Program-made: the position numbers and the translations under genes
In this document: in pieces, positions 1 through 12,330 of the stretch
Layout of the letters: each line of letters starts with the position of its first letter
Numbering within the stretch: position 1 is the first letter of the stretch
The notes under the pieces: model-generated
Database searches by the model: none
What the model saw: the letters and a program-made list of their open reading frames with translations, nothing else
What the model was told of the DNA's origin: nothing
Assembly (NCBI RefSeq): GCF_022045235.1
Contig: NW_027266275.1
Location: 70,866,001-70,930,000, forward strand
Direction: 5' to 3'
From: Haliotis cracherodii
Lineage: Eukaryota
Length of the DNA: 64,000 bases

Positions 1-262
1 TTCTGTACCATCTAGTATACTATTGAGTATGCCTGTGTAAAAGTAAGTAAAACAATGCTTGCGTTGTATGTGCATATCAACAAGTTTCTGTACCATCTAG
101 TATACTATTGAGTATGCCTGTGTAAAAGTAAGTAAAACAATGCTTGCGTTGTATGTGCATATCAACAAGTTTCTGTACCATCTAGAAAGCTATTGAGTAT
201 GCCTGTGTAAAAATAAGTAAAACAATGCTTGCGTTGTGTATGCATATCTACAAGTTTCTGTG
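1..262. repeat. 85-bp tandem repeat, ~3 copies (truncated by window start)
   Basis: ttctgtacc recurs at 1, 86 and 171. Confidence 0.92.
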
Positions 263-653
263 CCACATAGACCCATCCACAACTGGTCAGACTATTTTCA
301 GATACATATTCAGCATATGGAAGACTACAATGAATGCAACATGGTCTATATATCAATCAATCGTTTTAATCATGTTTTTCGCCACACACCTGTCTAAACA
401 CGTCGTAACTGCCCGAGACGCCTAGATACATACATATGCCAAGCTTGTTAGAATAGACAATCTTGAAAACAAATACTCCCGTCTTTATCGACATTTTTAT
501 ACATTGTAGCATCTTTCTGGTTCTATCATTGCATAAATATGTACAATAACATTTGGTCCAAAATCAACAAGGGAGACAATAGTAGTTAGCAAGAGAATGT
601 AAACGGCTGACATACCTATCAAAACTATGCATATTTCTACTTAAGTAAATAGA

Positions 654-903
654 CCCGTGAAGATTCAGCAACTCATGCTTACCATAAAAGGCGACTATGC
701 TTGTCGTAAGAGGCGACTAACGGGATCGGGTAGGCAGGCTCACTGACATGGTTGATGCATGTCATCGTATCCCAATTGAGTGGATCGATGCTCATGGTGT
801 CAGTCACTGGATTGTCTGGTCCAGACTCGATTATGTACAGACCGCCGTCATATAGCTTGAATATTGCTGAGTGAGGCGTTTAACAACAAACAAACCAAAC
901 AAA
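654..903 (+). mobile_element. Structured-head retroposon copy (duplicated-hairpin subfamily)
   Basis: Same family as 20190-20428, with an (aaac)n tail. Confidence 0.85.
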
Positions 904-964
904 CTTAATTGAGTAATACATGCCGTGTGAAGTTACCAGTTCCTGGCAACTTGGTCACCAACAA

Positions 965-2340
965 GTGTTTCATCATACAAAGGTACACATTTACTGAAAG
1001 GTGTTTCATCACACGAAGGTACCTAGTTACTGAAAGGAGTGTCATCACACGAAGGTACCTAGTTACTGAAATGTGTTTCATCACACGAAGGTACCTAGTT
1101 ACTGAAAGGAGTGTCATCACACGAAGGTACCTAGTTACAGAAATGTGTTTCATCACATGAAGGTATCTAGTTACTGAAATGTGTTTCATCACACGAAGGT
1201 ATCTAGTTACTGAAAGGAGTGTCATCACACGAAGGTACCTAGTTACTGAAATGTGTTTCATCACACGAAGGTACCTATAGCTAGTTACTGAAAGGAGTGT
1301 CATCACTCGAAGGTACCTAGTTACTGAAATGTGTTTCATCACACGAAGGTATCTAGTTACTGAAAGGAGTGTCATCACACGAAGGTACCTAGTTACTGAA
1401 ATGTGTTTCATCACACGAAGGTATCTAGTTACTGAAAGGAGTGTCATCACACGAAGGTACCTAGTTACTGAAATGTGTTTCATCACACGAAGGTACCTAG
1501 TTACTGGAAGGAGTGTCATCACACGAAGGTACCTAGTTACTGAAATGTGTTTCATCACACGAAGGTACCTAGTTACTGAAATGTGTTTCATCACACGAAG
1601 GTATCTAGTTACTGAAAGGAGTGTCATCACACGAAGGTACCTAGTTACTGAAAGGAGTGTCATCACACGAAGGTACCTAGTTACTGAAATGTGTTTCATC
1701 ACACGAAGGTACCTAATTACTGAAATGTGTTTCATCACACGAAGGTATCTAGTTACTGAAAGGGGTGTCATCACATGAAGATACTTAGTTACTGAAATGT
1801 GTTTCATAACACGAAGGTACCCATTTATTGAAAGGTGTTTCATCACACGAAGGTACCTAGTTACTGAAATGTGTTTCATCACACGAAGGTACCTAGTTAC
1901 TGAAAGGAGTGTCATCACACGAAGGTACCTAGTTACTGAAAGGAGTGTCATCACTCGAAGGTGACCATTTATTGAAAGGAGTGTCATCACACGAAGGTAC
2001 CTAGTTACTGAAATGTGTTTCATCACACGAAGGTACCTAGTTACTGAAAGGAGTGTCATCACACGAAGGTACCTAGTTACTGAAAGGAGGGTCATCACAG
2101 GAAGGTACCCATTTATTGAAAGGAGTGTCATCACACGAAGGTACCTAGTTACTGAAATGTGTTTCATAACACGAATGTACCTTGTAACTGAAAGGAGTGT
2201 CATCACACGAAGGTACCTAGTTACTGAAAGGTGTTTCATCACACGAAGGTACCCATTTATTGAAAGGAGTGTCCTCACACGAAGGTACCTAGTTACTGAA
2301 ATGTGTTTCATCACACTAAGGTACCTAGTTACTGAAAGGT
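965..2340. repeat. 36-bp minisatellite A (~38 units, two interspersed variants)
   Basis: Unit catcacacgaaggtacctagttactgaaa(tgtgttt|ggagtgt). Confidence 0.95.
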
Positions 2341-3786
2341 GTGCCCTCACATGACGTTACCCAGTTACAGATATGTGTGCCACCATATGATGTAACCAAG
2401 GTACGGTCAGGTGTGCCCCCACATGACGTTACCCAGTTACAGATAGGTGTGCCACCATATGATGTCACAAAGGTACGGTCAGGTGTGCCCTCACATGACG
2501 TTACCCAGTTACAGATAGGTGTGCCACCATATGATGTCACCAAGGTACGGTCAGGTGTTCCCCCACATGACGTTACCTAGTTACAGACAGGTGTGCCACC
2601 ATATGATGTCACCAAGATACGGTCAGGTGTGCCCTCACATGACGTTACCCAGTTACAGATAGGTGTGCCACCATATGATGTCACCAAGGTACGGTCAGGT
2701 GTGCCCTCACATGACGTGACCCAGTTACAGATAGGTGTGCCACCATATGATGTTACCAAGGTACGGTCAGGTGTGCCCTCACATGACGTTACCCAGTTAC
2801 AGATAGGTGTGCCACCATATGATGTCACCAAGGTACGGTCAGGTGTGCCCTCACATGACGTTACCTAGTTACAGACAGGTGTGCCATCATATGATGTCAC
2901 CAAGGTACGGTCAGGTGTGCCCTCACATGACGTTACCCAGTTACAGATAGGTGTGCCATCATATGATGTCACCAAGCTACGGTCAGGTGTGCCCTCACAT
3001 GACGTTACCCAGTTACAGATAGGTGTGCCACCATATGATGTCACCAAGTTACGGTCAGGTGTGCCCTCACATGACGTTACCCAGTTACAGATAGGTGTGT
3101 CACCATATGATGTAACCAAGGTACGGTCAGGTGTGCCCCCACATGACGTTACCCAGTTACAGATAGGTGTGCCACCATATGATGTCACCAAGGTACGGTC
3201 AGGTGTGCCCCCACATGACGTTACCTAGTTACAGACAGGTGTGCCACCATATGATGTCACCAAGGTACGGTCGGGTGTGCCCTCACATGACGTTACCCAG
3301 TTACAGATAGGTGTGCCACCATATGATGTCACCAAGATACGGTCAGGTGTGCCCTCACATGACGTTACCGTGTTACTGATAGGTGTGCCATCATATGATG
3401 TCACCAAGATACGGTCAGGTGTGCCCTCACATGACGTTACCCAGTTACAGATGGGTGATTTCACCAAGGTACGGTCAGGTGTGCACTCACATGACGTTAC
3501 CCAGTTACAGATAGGTGATTTCACCAAGGTACGGTCAGGTGTGCCCTCACATGACGTTACCCAGTTACAGATAGGTGTGCCATCATATGATGTCACCAAG
3601 AAACGGTCAGGTGTGCCCTCACATGACGTTACCCAGTTACAGATAGGTGTGCCACCATATGATGTCATCAAGGTACGGTCAGGTGTGCCCTCACATGACG
3701 TTACCGTGTTACTGATAGGTGTGCCACCATATGATGTCACCAAGGTACGGTCAGGTGTGCCCTCACATGACTTTACCCAGTTACAG
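2341..3786. repeat. 36-bp minisatellite B organised as 72-bp dimers (~40 monomers)
   Basis: gtgccctcacatgacgttacccagttacagataggt alternates with gtgccaccatatgatgtcaccaaggtacggtcaggt. Confidence 0.95.
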
Positions 3787-4422
3787 CCAAATGCGCCATC
3801 ACGTGAAGTTCAATAACACCGTGGTTTATGCCGGTTGTTCTCGTCGCTCTGCATCTGTCGAAGTGGAGACCAAGAAACATGATCATTCCTCCGCCAATGC
3901 ATAACGCACCACTGATAAATGTTAAAGAGACGGCCCACGAAGCCGTGACAGTTCCTTGACTTGCCAGAAACATTATACACGATGCTATCGACAGAAGGCC
4001 TGAAATAAAAATATAATAACACTTTATGTACATGTATATAAAATAATGTACCATTACAATGTTTTAGTAATATGCATTCAAGAATGACTATTGCAACAAT
4101 TAACAACAATATGGAGATATTAAAGAAAACAAGTATATCTTACCTGGGAAAATAGGAAAGACGGAGATGACGGCATTTTCTGACTGCAGTCGTTTAGAGT
4201 ATGTTGTACAATTGTGTAGGAAGATAATGTAGACTGTTAGGATGGAGAATGTGAGTGCCATGATGGCCAAAAATCTCACACCCTGAAACATAGCTGAAAC
4301 CAAAACAGATCAATACTGAGAAATACCATGAGTTGTTGATATGTATGGTTTTACTAACGATACCATATTTTCCATCTTTTCATCTCTCACTCGAATTTCA
4401 ATTCTCTCTCTCTCTCTCTCTC

Positions 4423-4453
<31 letters not shown>

Positions 4454-5381
4454 GCTCTCTAGCCTTAATACAACTTAGATTTTCTGCAACAGAAAAATAA
4501 GCGATTCTTGTCTGAAATCAAACCAAAACATGAAAGATCAGTAACCTCTGACCAAGTTGTGACATCGCTGACGGAATGTACACAAATCTGAAGATGATAT
4601 TATCTAACCAATGCCACTTGTTGACTAGAAGTCATCAATGTCTGCACCCGGACTATGGTACAATCATTCTTAAGCTGGTTTAAACATGTCCCTGCAAGAT
4701 GTACAGTTGTAGAAGGCACGCGGACATAAACCATATGAGAGTCCATTTATTGATTATGGTGTAATCCTATGTATCGTTCAATTCTAAACGATCCCTTGCA
4801 CTGAGTCCCACTAAAGTATCATATAAGCATCTGGCACATCCTAACTCGTTACACTTAGGAATATTGTAAATTACAGTATAACTCCCGTGAAACACAGATG
4901 CATGTCAGTACTTCGGATATATAGATTAAAGAGCAATCGTCAGATCCTTCGCGTTACTATAAATAGAGTCCAAGATGGCGCAGCCATATTACATCAACGG
5001 AGTAATTTGTGACCTGTTTACAAGTGACAACAACGCATAAGGATGCACATATACACGGCGATGTGTAGGTAGATAATACTCGTTTCAACAGATGCAAAGC
5101 CATCACTTAGCGCGTAAAATAAAACTGAAAAACCACAAAGATTCCGTTTCTCTCAAACACTTACGATCCACGGTCACAAATGGTTTGCACCGTGTCCATC
5201 CTTCACACTGCAGCCACAACCCAGACGTGGTGTGACTCCTCTGTTGGTAGTCGACCATGTAGTAAAGGTACGTATGTTTCCAAGTGGGTACACTGAACGC
5301 TATCAGGTATCCGAGACATCCCAGAGTAGTGCACACAGTCCCAAGGTGGTAGGTATGGCATTTCTCTCGCCAGTGTGGCAT
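3773..5381 (-). CDS. Claudin/PMP22-like tetraspan protein, paralog 1 (~197 aa); exons 5381-5165, 4293-4144, 3999-3773
   Basis: Starts MPHWREK. The first loop has the W...GLWLQC-x4-C claudin-superfamily signature, and there are four hydrophobic segments. Both introns are GT-AG and phase 1 (c|gtaag, tttcag|ct; g|gtaag, tttcag|gc). Exon structure matches two paralogs in the window. Confidence 0.88.
4403..4460. repeat. (CT)n microsatellite
   Basis: Seen directly. Confidence 0.9.
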
Positions 5382-6583
5382 TTCGGAAACGTTCACAGTC
5401 TACATAGGGAATAAGCTATCCTTGTAAACATTTTTTTTTCTCCAGTGAAAGTGGTACGGCTTGCAATAACTGGCGTTGCAGATCCATTTATGGCCATCGA
5501 TTCTTTCGTACATGCGTCATTCCGTGAGTCAAATATTTAAATCGGTCAAACGACTTCCGAAAATTAAAGCTCCACTATAGGGTAGAATTGTGAAGAATAA
5601 TGTTTTGGAACTTTGAACAGTATTTCGATTGTATCACACTATGTGACTATAGTTTGGGAGGGAATCCCGAAGTGATGCCAGCCTTGGACCTGTTTCCACT
5701 TTGGTGAAACCCACGGGTAAGGTGCTGACAGTCTTAGAAACATAGTCAAGTCGAATCTGGGATTCGAACCGACGATCATTAGTTTCTGGCGTGCATATAG
5801 GACACAACTCTGCACAGCGAATTGTGCCAGTTATTTCATATATGAACAACTCTTGAATTCGAATTAATTAACACCGTTAACCACTTTGTCCCGATAGGGC
5901 TGAATTACTGCCGATGTGACTATAAATCCTAACTTACAAACTCAACTCAGTAAAACACAAGCGTGTATTTCTTGGTTCATCACACAGAAGACACTACACA
6001 AGACACGATGAGATCTGTATCATGACTGATATAGACTGAAATATCGGGATATACATGTATGTGTTTTTATTGCATAGTTCTATCAGCATCCATATATCTT
6101 CACGGGACACATTCACTTTGTTTGCGTTTTAAGAGGTCAAGCATCACATACAAAACAAATCGTTTGATAACAGCAAAGCCTATGTAAACAAAGTAAGCAA
6201 AGACTACGTACTACATTATACGGCTATGTCACGCCAACCGAGTGTTAAAAGGGGCGGAATAATCAATATTTTGTTTTCCAGTAAATGTCAGTTAAACTAC
6301 AAACCCCATTTCATTTAATTCGGCAAAGACCTCCCATCCCTCATCCGGGCGCCTCCCATTCCCCATCTCGACGCCTCAAGTTCAGTTCCGCTAGGTGTAT
6401 TGTGAAATACGCCACCCGATCAGCTTGCATTAAATAATGACCGCTGACCCAGGCGGGATTTTGATAACAATCGTGCGAAGCGGTTATGCAGTTACTGCCG
6501 AGCTTTTGGTAACTATTTCCTCTACACCATATCGCCACTCTATTTACATGGCTATGGCTTGTGACGAAATACACACTTCGAGG

Positions 6584-6824
6584 GTTAGAATAGGTCTTCA
6601 GCAACCCATGCTTGCCGTAAAAGGTGACTATGCTTGTCGTAAAAGGCGACTAACGGGATCGGGTGGTCAGGATCGCTGACTTGGTTGATACATGTCATCG
6701 ATCCCAATTGCGTGGATCGATGCGCATGATATAAATCACTGGATTGTCTGGTCTAGACTCGATTATTTACAGACCGATGGAATATTGCTGTCTGCGGCGT
6801 TAAACAACAAACCAACCAACCAAC
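6584..6824 (+). mobile_element. Structured-head retroposon copy, slightly 5'-truncated; others ~13121-13250, 16060-16245, 16765-16932, 17243-17295, 20534-20690, 25415-25628, 28486-28735, 35315-35500, 52290-52470
   Basis: The 12-bp TSD cacacttcgagg (6572-6583, 6825-6836) indicates insertion by target-primed reverse transcription. Confidence 0.87.
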
Positions 6825-6942
6825 CACACTTCGAGGCTGAACCCAACTAGATGTATCTAAAGTCACTGCATATGTCCGTGTATTGTTATGAAAAATATCC
6901 TTGGCATTTATTGATTATCTCTGATCAAATTGCTGGCGTTAA

Positions 6943-7591
6943 AGGGCAAGTTCACACGGAAATGAACCATTTTTTCTTGTACTTTTTCCACATCAAAAGT
7001 GTTTACATAGAAGTGTCATAGGCAAAAATATAAAAACATCATATTTAATAAACATATTTTTTGCACTAAAACGATTTATATTTTTCACATTTACCAAGTG
7101 TTCTATTTCCATAACAAAAACACCATGGCTTATGCCCCTTGCAATATGACGTCATTGGTGCCAATTGATAAACATGACGTCATCATGCTTTGTTAGAGCC
7201 GCTTCACGTGGTGTAGGTACAGTTTTGTGATTCTAGCATCTCAGATGCCAGCCAGAATTGTGTTATGCTGAGTCACCCTGCGCCGGAGTGTGTCGTAGAC
7301 CATGTTGTTTTACCGCAAACTGGTCCTTGATATCTTTTGCGTTGAGAATAGACAGGGACCCAGTTGAATTGGCACCAATTACGTCATAATCTAAGGGGGA
7401 TAACTCAGGCCTATTTCGCTCGTAAAACGAAGGCCTCATAACGGCATATCACTTTCACACTATTGTGAGCTTCCTACTTTCACTGTGAAAAAAAATGAGT
7501 GTATATTTTCAAACACAGATACTTACTAATTCTAAAATTGCGTTTTGTCTAGAAAAAGAAAGAAAGTGATTTTTGCGTGTACACTTCCCCT
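6943..7591. mobile_element. Kolobok-like non-autonomous DNA transposon (related arm fragment ~15330-15500)
   Basis: TTAA on both sides; imperfect TIRs agggcaagttcacacg and cgtgtacacttcccct. Confidence 0.7.
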
Positions 7592-8023
7592 TTAAGCGAC
7601 ATCAATACGATAGAGGCGGTTGGGTTGCCGACTTTCCGTATTAAATAACATGTCAGCTCACTTCCTTGTCCATTGCAAGTGTAGCAAACGGCTGCGTTTA
7701 TGAGATGCGTTGATGAATACAAATGGAAACTTAAGATAAGGGAATGAGGAGCTGTTTTGTCATTACAACATGATTTATGTACAAATGTCTACCGATGCAG
7801 ACGGCAGCTGTTAAATACTACGCTTGTAGTCGATATGGATGAGTAGTGAGTAAGATATTCATACAATCTTGATATAACCAACATTATACCACAATACATA
7901 CTCGGACTGAAACAATGAGGTACTAGTTTGTATGTAATTGACATTGTTGCAAAACTGACAACTGAAATCTGTTTTGGATGATCAATATTTCACACGGATA
8001 GATACACTATGACACAATACTGA

Positions 8024-8565
8024 ACATATTACGCCGGCTTTCATCGCTTAAGCGGAACCTTCGTTGGATCGACACGGTAAACAGATAACTATTTAATTTC
8101 ACTACAGATGCGAGCACTGATCTCCTGTGCTCATTCTTCAGGGGTATTCCTGAACCACATTGCTGAGCATCTCTGTTCTTGAATTGCATGGCGAAGCAAG
8201 TGTTTTCTTAATCCTCGAGAACACCATTTCTTGAGTCATACAGCTGAGAAGGGATGCGTGATAAATGAGGTTACACATACATGCATGTATTTATCAAAGA
8301 TTGGCAAACAAACTGCCCGCTTGTCACCATGACTACCACATTGTTATCAGACAACTAAATATTGATTATGTGTACATATTTAGCTACTAACTAGATATAA
8401 TTTCACTTTAAAAGTATTCACATGCATAGCGAGGCATATCTATTTCGTATTAGATCAATAACGTGGCACATCACGATATGTAACTACATAACACATGCCA
8501 GCATTCATACACTGGCTCGCGCTGAGTCATGCATATCGCCTTGTAAGGGTCCCACCATTTAATAT
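8024..8565 (+). repeat. ~540-bp dispersed repeat, left arm of an inverted pair, abutting a gap
   Basis: Reverse complement of 24800-25343 with scattered substitutions. Confidence 0.9.
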
Positions 8566-8739
8566 NNNNNNNNNNNNNNNNNNNNNNNNNNNNNNNNNNN
8601 NNNNNNNNNNNNNNNNNNNNNNNNNNNNNNNNNNNNNNNNNNNNNNNNNNNNNNNNNNNNNNNNNNNNNNNNNNNNNNNNNNNNNNNNNNNNNNNNNNNN
8701 NNNNNNNNNNNNNNNNNNNNNNNNNNNNNNNNNNNNNNN
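8566..8739. other. Assembly gap
   Basis: N run. Confidence 1.
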
Positions 8740-9634
8740 TGCGATTTTATAGTGCTAGCCCACTGAGATACCATGCCGCAGTTTATCATGAATACCCCAC
8801 AGTATAGTGACACCGAGCCAACCAGTTCTTGTTTTAGCTCCTTTAATGCCAAACGCCAGTCAGGGTAACAACAAGTACCATATTTTAACGTCTTTTGGTA
8901 TGATGCGGCCGGTGTCTTAACGTGAAGCGTTAACCAGAACAATTGGTGCCCTGTGTGATGCACCACTTATCCGGACCGTACTGTGCCACGTTAGGTCGTC
9001 TGGATTAACGAATTTTTTTATGGAGAAATGTCCCTCTTAATATAGGTACGCGTTTCTAAGAGTAATCGTCCAGAAGGTACGGTATCCAGATTAGCGGTGT
9101 CCGGATTAGTGGGGACAGGGCAAACATGATTTTAATGTACTCGTCCGTTATAATGTCGATCATGTTTGTAAGATGCAATCAATATATTAGCTTTACATTT
9201 GTGATTACCTCTAATATGCGTAAGGGAAAACATGGCCTCGTGGTCTAGGCTGATGGAAGACGGTGTGCAGAGTCGTGTCCCTTTGACGTATCTGGATTTT
9301 ATGTTCGTGGATTCACACAGGTTCACTACTGTTAAAAGCGGCGTTAAAACCAACTCACTCACTCAAATAGGTTCACCCTGATTATGTTTTCAGGTTTTCA
9401 CGTCTAAGACCTGCATGACTGCGCGGTTTCTGTGGGTATTGATTTGGCATTATTGTGAAATATGAGTTTGGTATACAGTTTACAAGCGCACAAAGCCTCA
9501 CACTGATTGGAGTGGTCAGCTAGCTATACTATGTTACCGAATATGTACTGGCTTATTTCACCTTCTATTTCCGTAGTGTGATTAAAGAGAAAAAAGAAAA
9601 TATTTTTATCAGCAGGATCAACAGTATTAAAAGT

Positions 9635-12330
9635 AGGGGCGATAGTAGTAACAGTATGAGCGACAGTAGTAACAGTTGGAGCGACAGTAGTAACAGTAAG
9701 AGCGATAGTAGTAACAGTAGGATCGACAGTAGTAACAGTAGGAGCGACAGTAGTAACAGTAGGATCGATAGCAGTAACAGTAGGAGCGACAGTAGTAACA
9801 GTAAGAGCGATAGTAGTAACAGTATGAGCGACAGTAGTAACAGTTGGAGCGACAGTAGTAACAGTAGGATCGATAGTAGTAACAGTAGGAGCGACAGTAG
9901 TAACAGTAGGATCGATAGTAGTAACAGTAGGAGCGACAGTAGTAACAGTTGGAGCGACAGTAGTAACAGTAGGATCGATAGTAGTAACAGTAGGAGCGAC
10001 AGTAGTAACAGTAGGATCGATAGTAGTAACAGTAGGAGCGACAGTAGTAACAGTAGGAGCGATAACAGTAACAGTAGGAGCGACAGTAGTAACAGTAGGA
10101 TCGATAGTAGTAACAGTAAGAGCGATAGTAGTAACAGTAGGAGCGACAGTAGTAACAGTAGGATCGATAGTAGAAACAGTAGGAGCGACAGTAGTAACAG
10201 TAGGATCGATAGTAGTAACAGTAGGAGCGACAGTAGTAACTGTAAGAGCGATAGTAGTAACAGTAGGATCGACAGTAGTAACAGTAGGAGCGACAGTAGT
10301 AACAGTAGGATCGATAGCAGTAACAGTAGGAGCGACAGTAGTAACAGTAAGAGCGATAGTAGTAACAGTAGGAGCGACAGTAGTAACAGTAGGAGCGATA
10401 GCAGTAATAGGAGCGATAGCAGTAACAGTAGGAGCGATAGTAGTAACAGTAGGAGCTATAGTAGTAACAGTAGGATCGATAGCAGTAACAGTAGGAGCGG
10501 TAGCAGTAGCAGTAGGAGTAATAGTTGTAACAGTAGGAGCGATAGCAGTAACAGTAGGAGCGATAGCAGTAACAGTAGGAGCTATAGCAGTAGCAGTAGG
10601 AGCGATAGTAGTAGCAGCAGGAGTGATAGTTGTAACATTAGGAGCGATAGCAGTAGCAGTAGGAGCGACAATAGTAACAGTAGGAGCGATAGCAGTAGCA
10701 GTAGGAGCGATAGTAGTAGCAGCAGGTGTGATAGTTGTAACAGTAGGAGCGATAGCAGTAGCAGTAGGAGCGAAAATTGAAACAGTAGGAGCGATAGCAG
10801 TAGCAGTAGGAGCGATAGTAGTAACGGTAGGAGCGATAGTAGTAACAGTAGGAGCGATAGTAGTAACAGTACGAGCTATAGCAGTAGCAGTGGGAGCGAT
10901 AGTAGTAGCGGTAGGAGCGATAGTAGTAACAGTAGGAGCGATAGCAGTAACATTAGGATCGATAGTAGTAATAGGAGCGATAGCAGTAAGAGTACGAGCT
11001 ATAGCAGTAGCAGTAGGAGCGATAGCAGTAACAGTAGGAGCGATAGCGGTAACATTAGGAGCGATAGTAGTAATAGGAGCAATAGAAGTAACAGTACGAG
11101 CTATAGTAGTAACAGTAGGATCGATAGCAGTAACAGTAGGAGCGATAGCAGTAACAGTAGGAGCGATATTAGTAGCAGCAGGAGTAATAGTTGTAACAGT
11201 AGGAGCGATAGTAGTAACAGTAGGAGCGATAGTAGTAGCAGAAGGAGTAATAGTTGTAACAGTAGGAGCGATGGTAGTAACAGTAGGAGCGATAGTAGTA
11301 ACAGTAGGAGCGATAGCAGTAACAGTAGGAGCGATAGTAGTAGCAGAAGGAGTAATAGTTGTAACAGTAGGAGCGATAGCAGTAGCAGTAGGAGCGATAG
11401 CAGTAACAGTAGGAGCGATAGCTGTAACAGTAGGAGTGATAGTAGTAACAGTAGAAGCGATAGCAGTAGCAGTAGGAGTAATAGCAGTAACAATAGGAGC
11501 GATAGCAGTAGCAGTAGGAGTGATAGCAGTAACAGTACGAGCGATAGCAGTAACAGTAGGAGCGATAGCAGTAGCAGTAGGAGTAATAGTAGTAACATTA
11601 GGAGCGATAGCAGTAGCAGCAGGAGTGATAGTAGTAACAGTAGGAGTGATAGTAGTAACAGTAGGAGCGATAGCAGTAACAGTAGGAGCGATAGTAGTAG
11701 CAGCAGGAGTGATAGTAGTAACAATAGGAGCGATAGCAGTAACAGTAGGAGCGATAGCAGTAACATTAGGAGCGATAGCAGTAGCAGCAGGAGTGATAGT
11801 AGTAACAGTAGGAGCGATAGCAGTAGCAGTAGGAGCGATAGCAGTAGCAGTAGGAGTAATAGTAGTAACATTAGGAGCGATAGCAGTAACAGTAGGAGCG
11901 ATAGCAGTAGCAGCAGGAGTGATAGTTGTAACAGTAGGAGCGATAGTAGTAACAGTACGAGCTATAGCAGTAACAGTAGGAGCGATAGTAGTAACAGTAC
12001 GAGCTATAGCAGTAACAGTAGGAGCTATAGCAGTAACATTAGGATCGATAGTAGTAATAGGAGCGATAGCAGTAACAGTACGAGCTATAGTAGTAACAGT
12101 AGGATCGATAGCAGTAACAGTAGGAGCGATAGCAGTAACAGTAGGAGCGATAGCAGTAACAGTAGGAGCGATAGTAGTAACAGTAGGAGCGATAGTAGTA
12201 ACAGTAGGAGCGATAGTAGTAGCAGCAGGAGTGATAGTTGTAACAGTAGGAGCGATAGCAGTAACAGTAGGAGTGACAATAGTAACAGTAGGAGTAAAGA
12301 CAGTAACATTATGAGCAACAGTAGTAACAT
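9635..12330. repeat. 21-bp purine-rich minisatellite (~2.7 kb)
   Basis: Unit agtagtaacagtaggagcgat and variants, built from (agt/agc) triplets. Confidence 0.95.

Noticed and set aside
2325-3776. Splicing from the paralog 1 stop (gg|gtaaag) into the 481-aa ORF
   Set aside because: The strong acceptors in satellite A (tttcag|taac) give an immediate stop. Only a weak aactag site keeps the frame.
965-3786. 36-bp repeats as a CRISPR array
   Set aside because: The units are contiguous with no unique spacers, there are no cas genes, and the context is eukaryotic.
2341-3816. Plus-strand PPYDVTKVRSGV repeat ORFs
   Set aside because: Antisense translations of satellite B, with no independent gene signals.
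8007-8189. Duplicated 60-aa ORF (also 25178-25366)
   Set aside because: It lies within the inverted repeat and has no recognisable domain.
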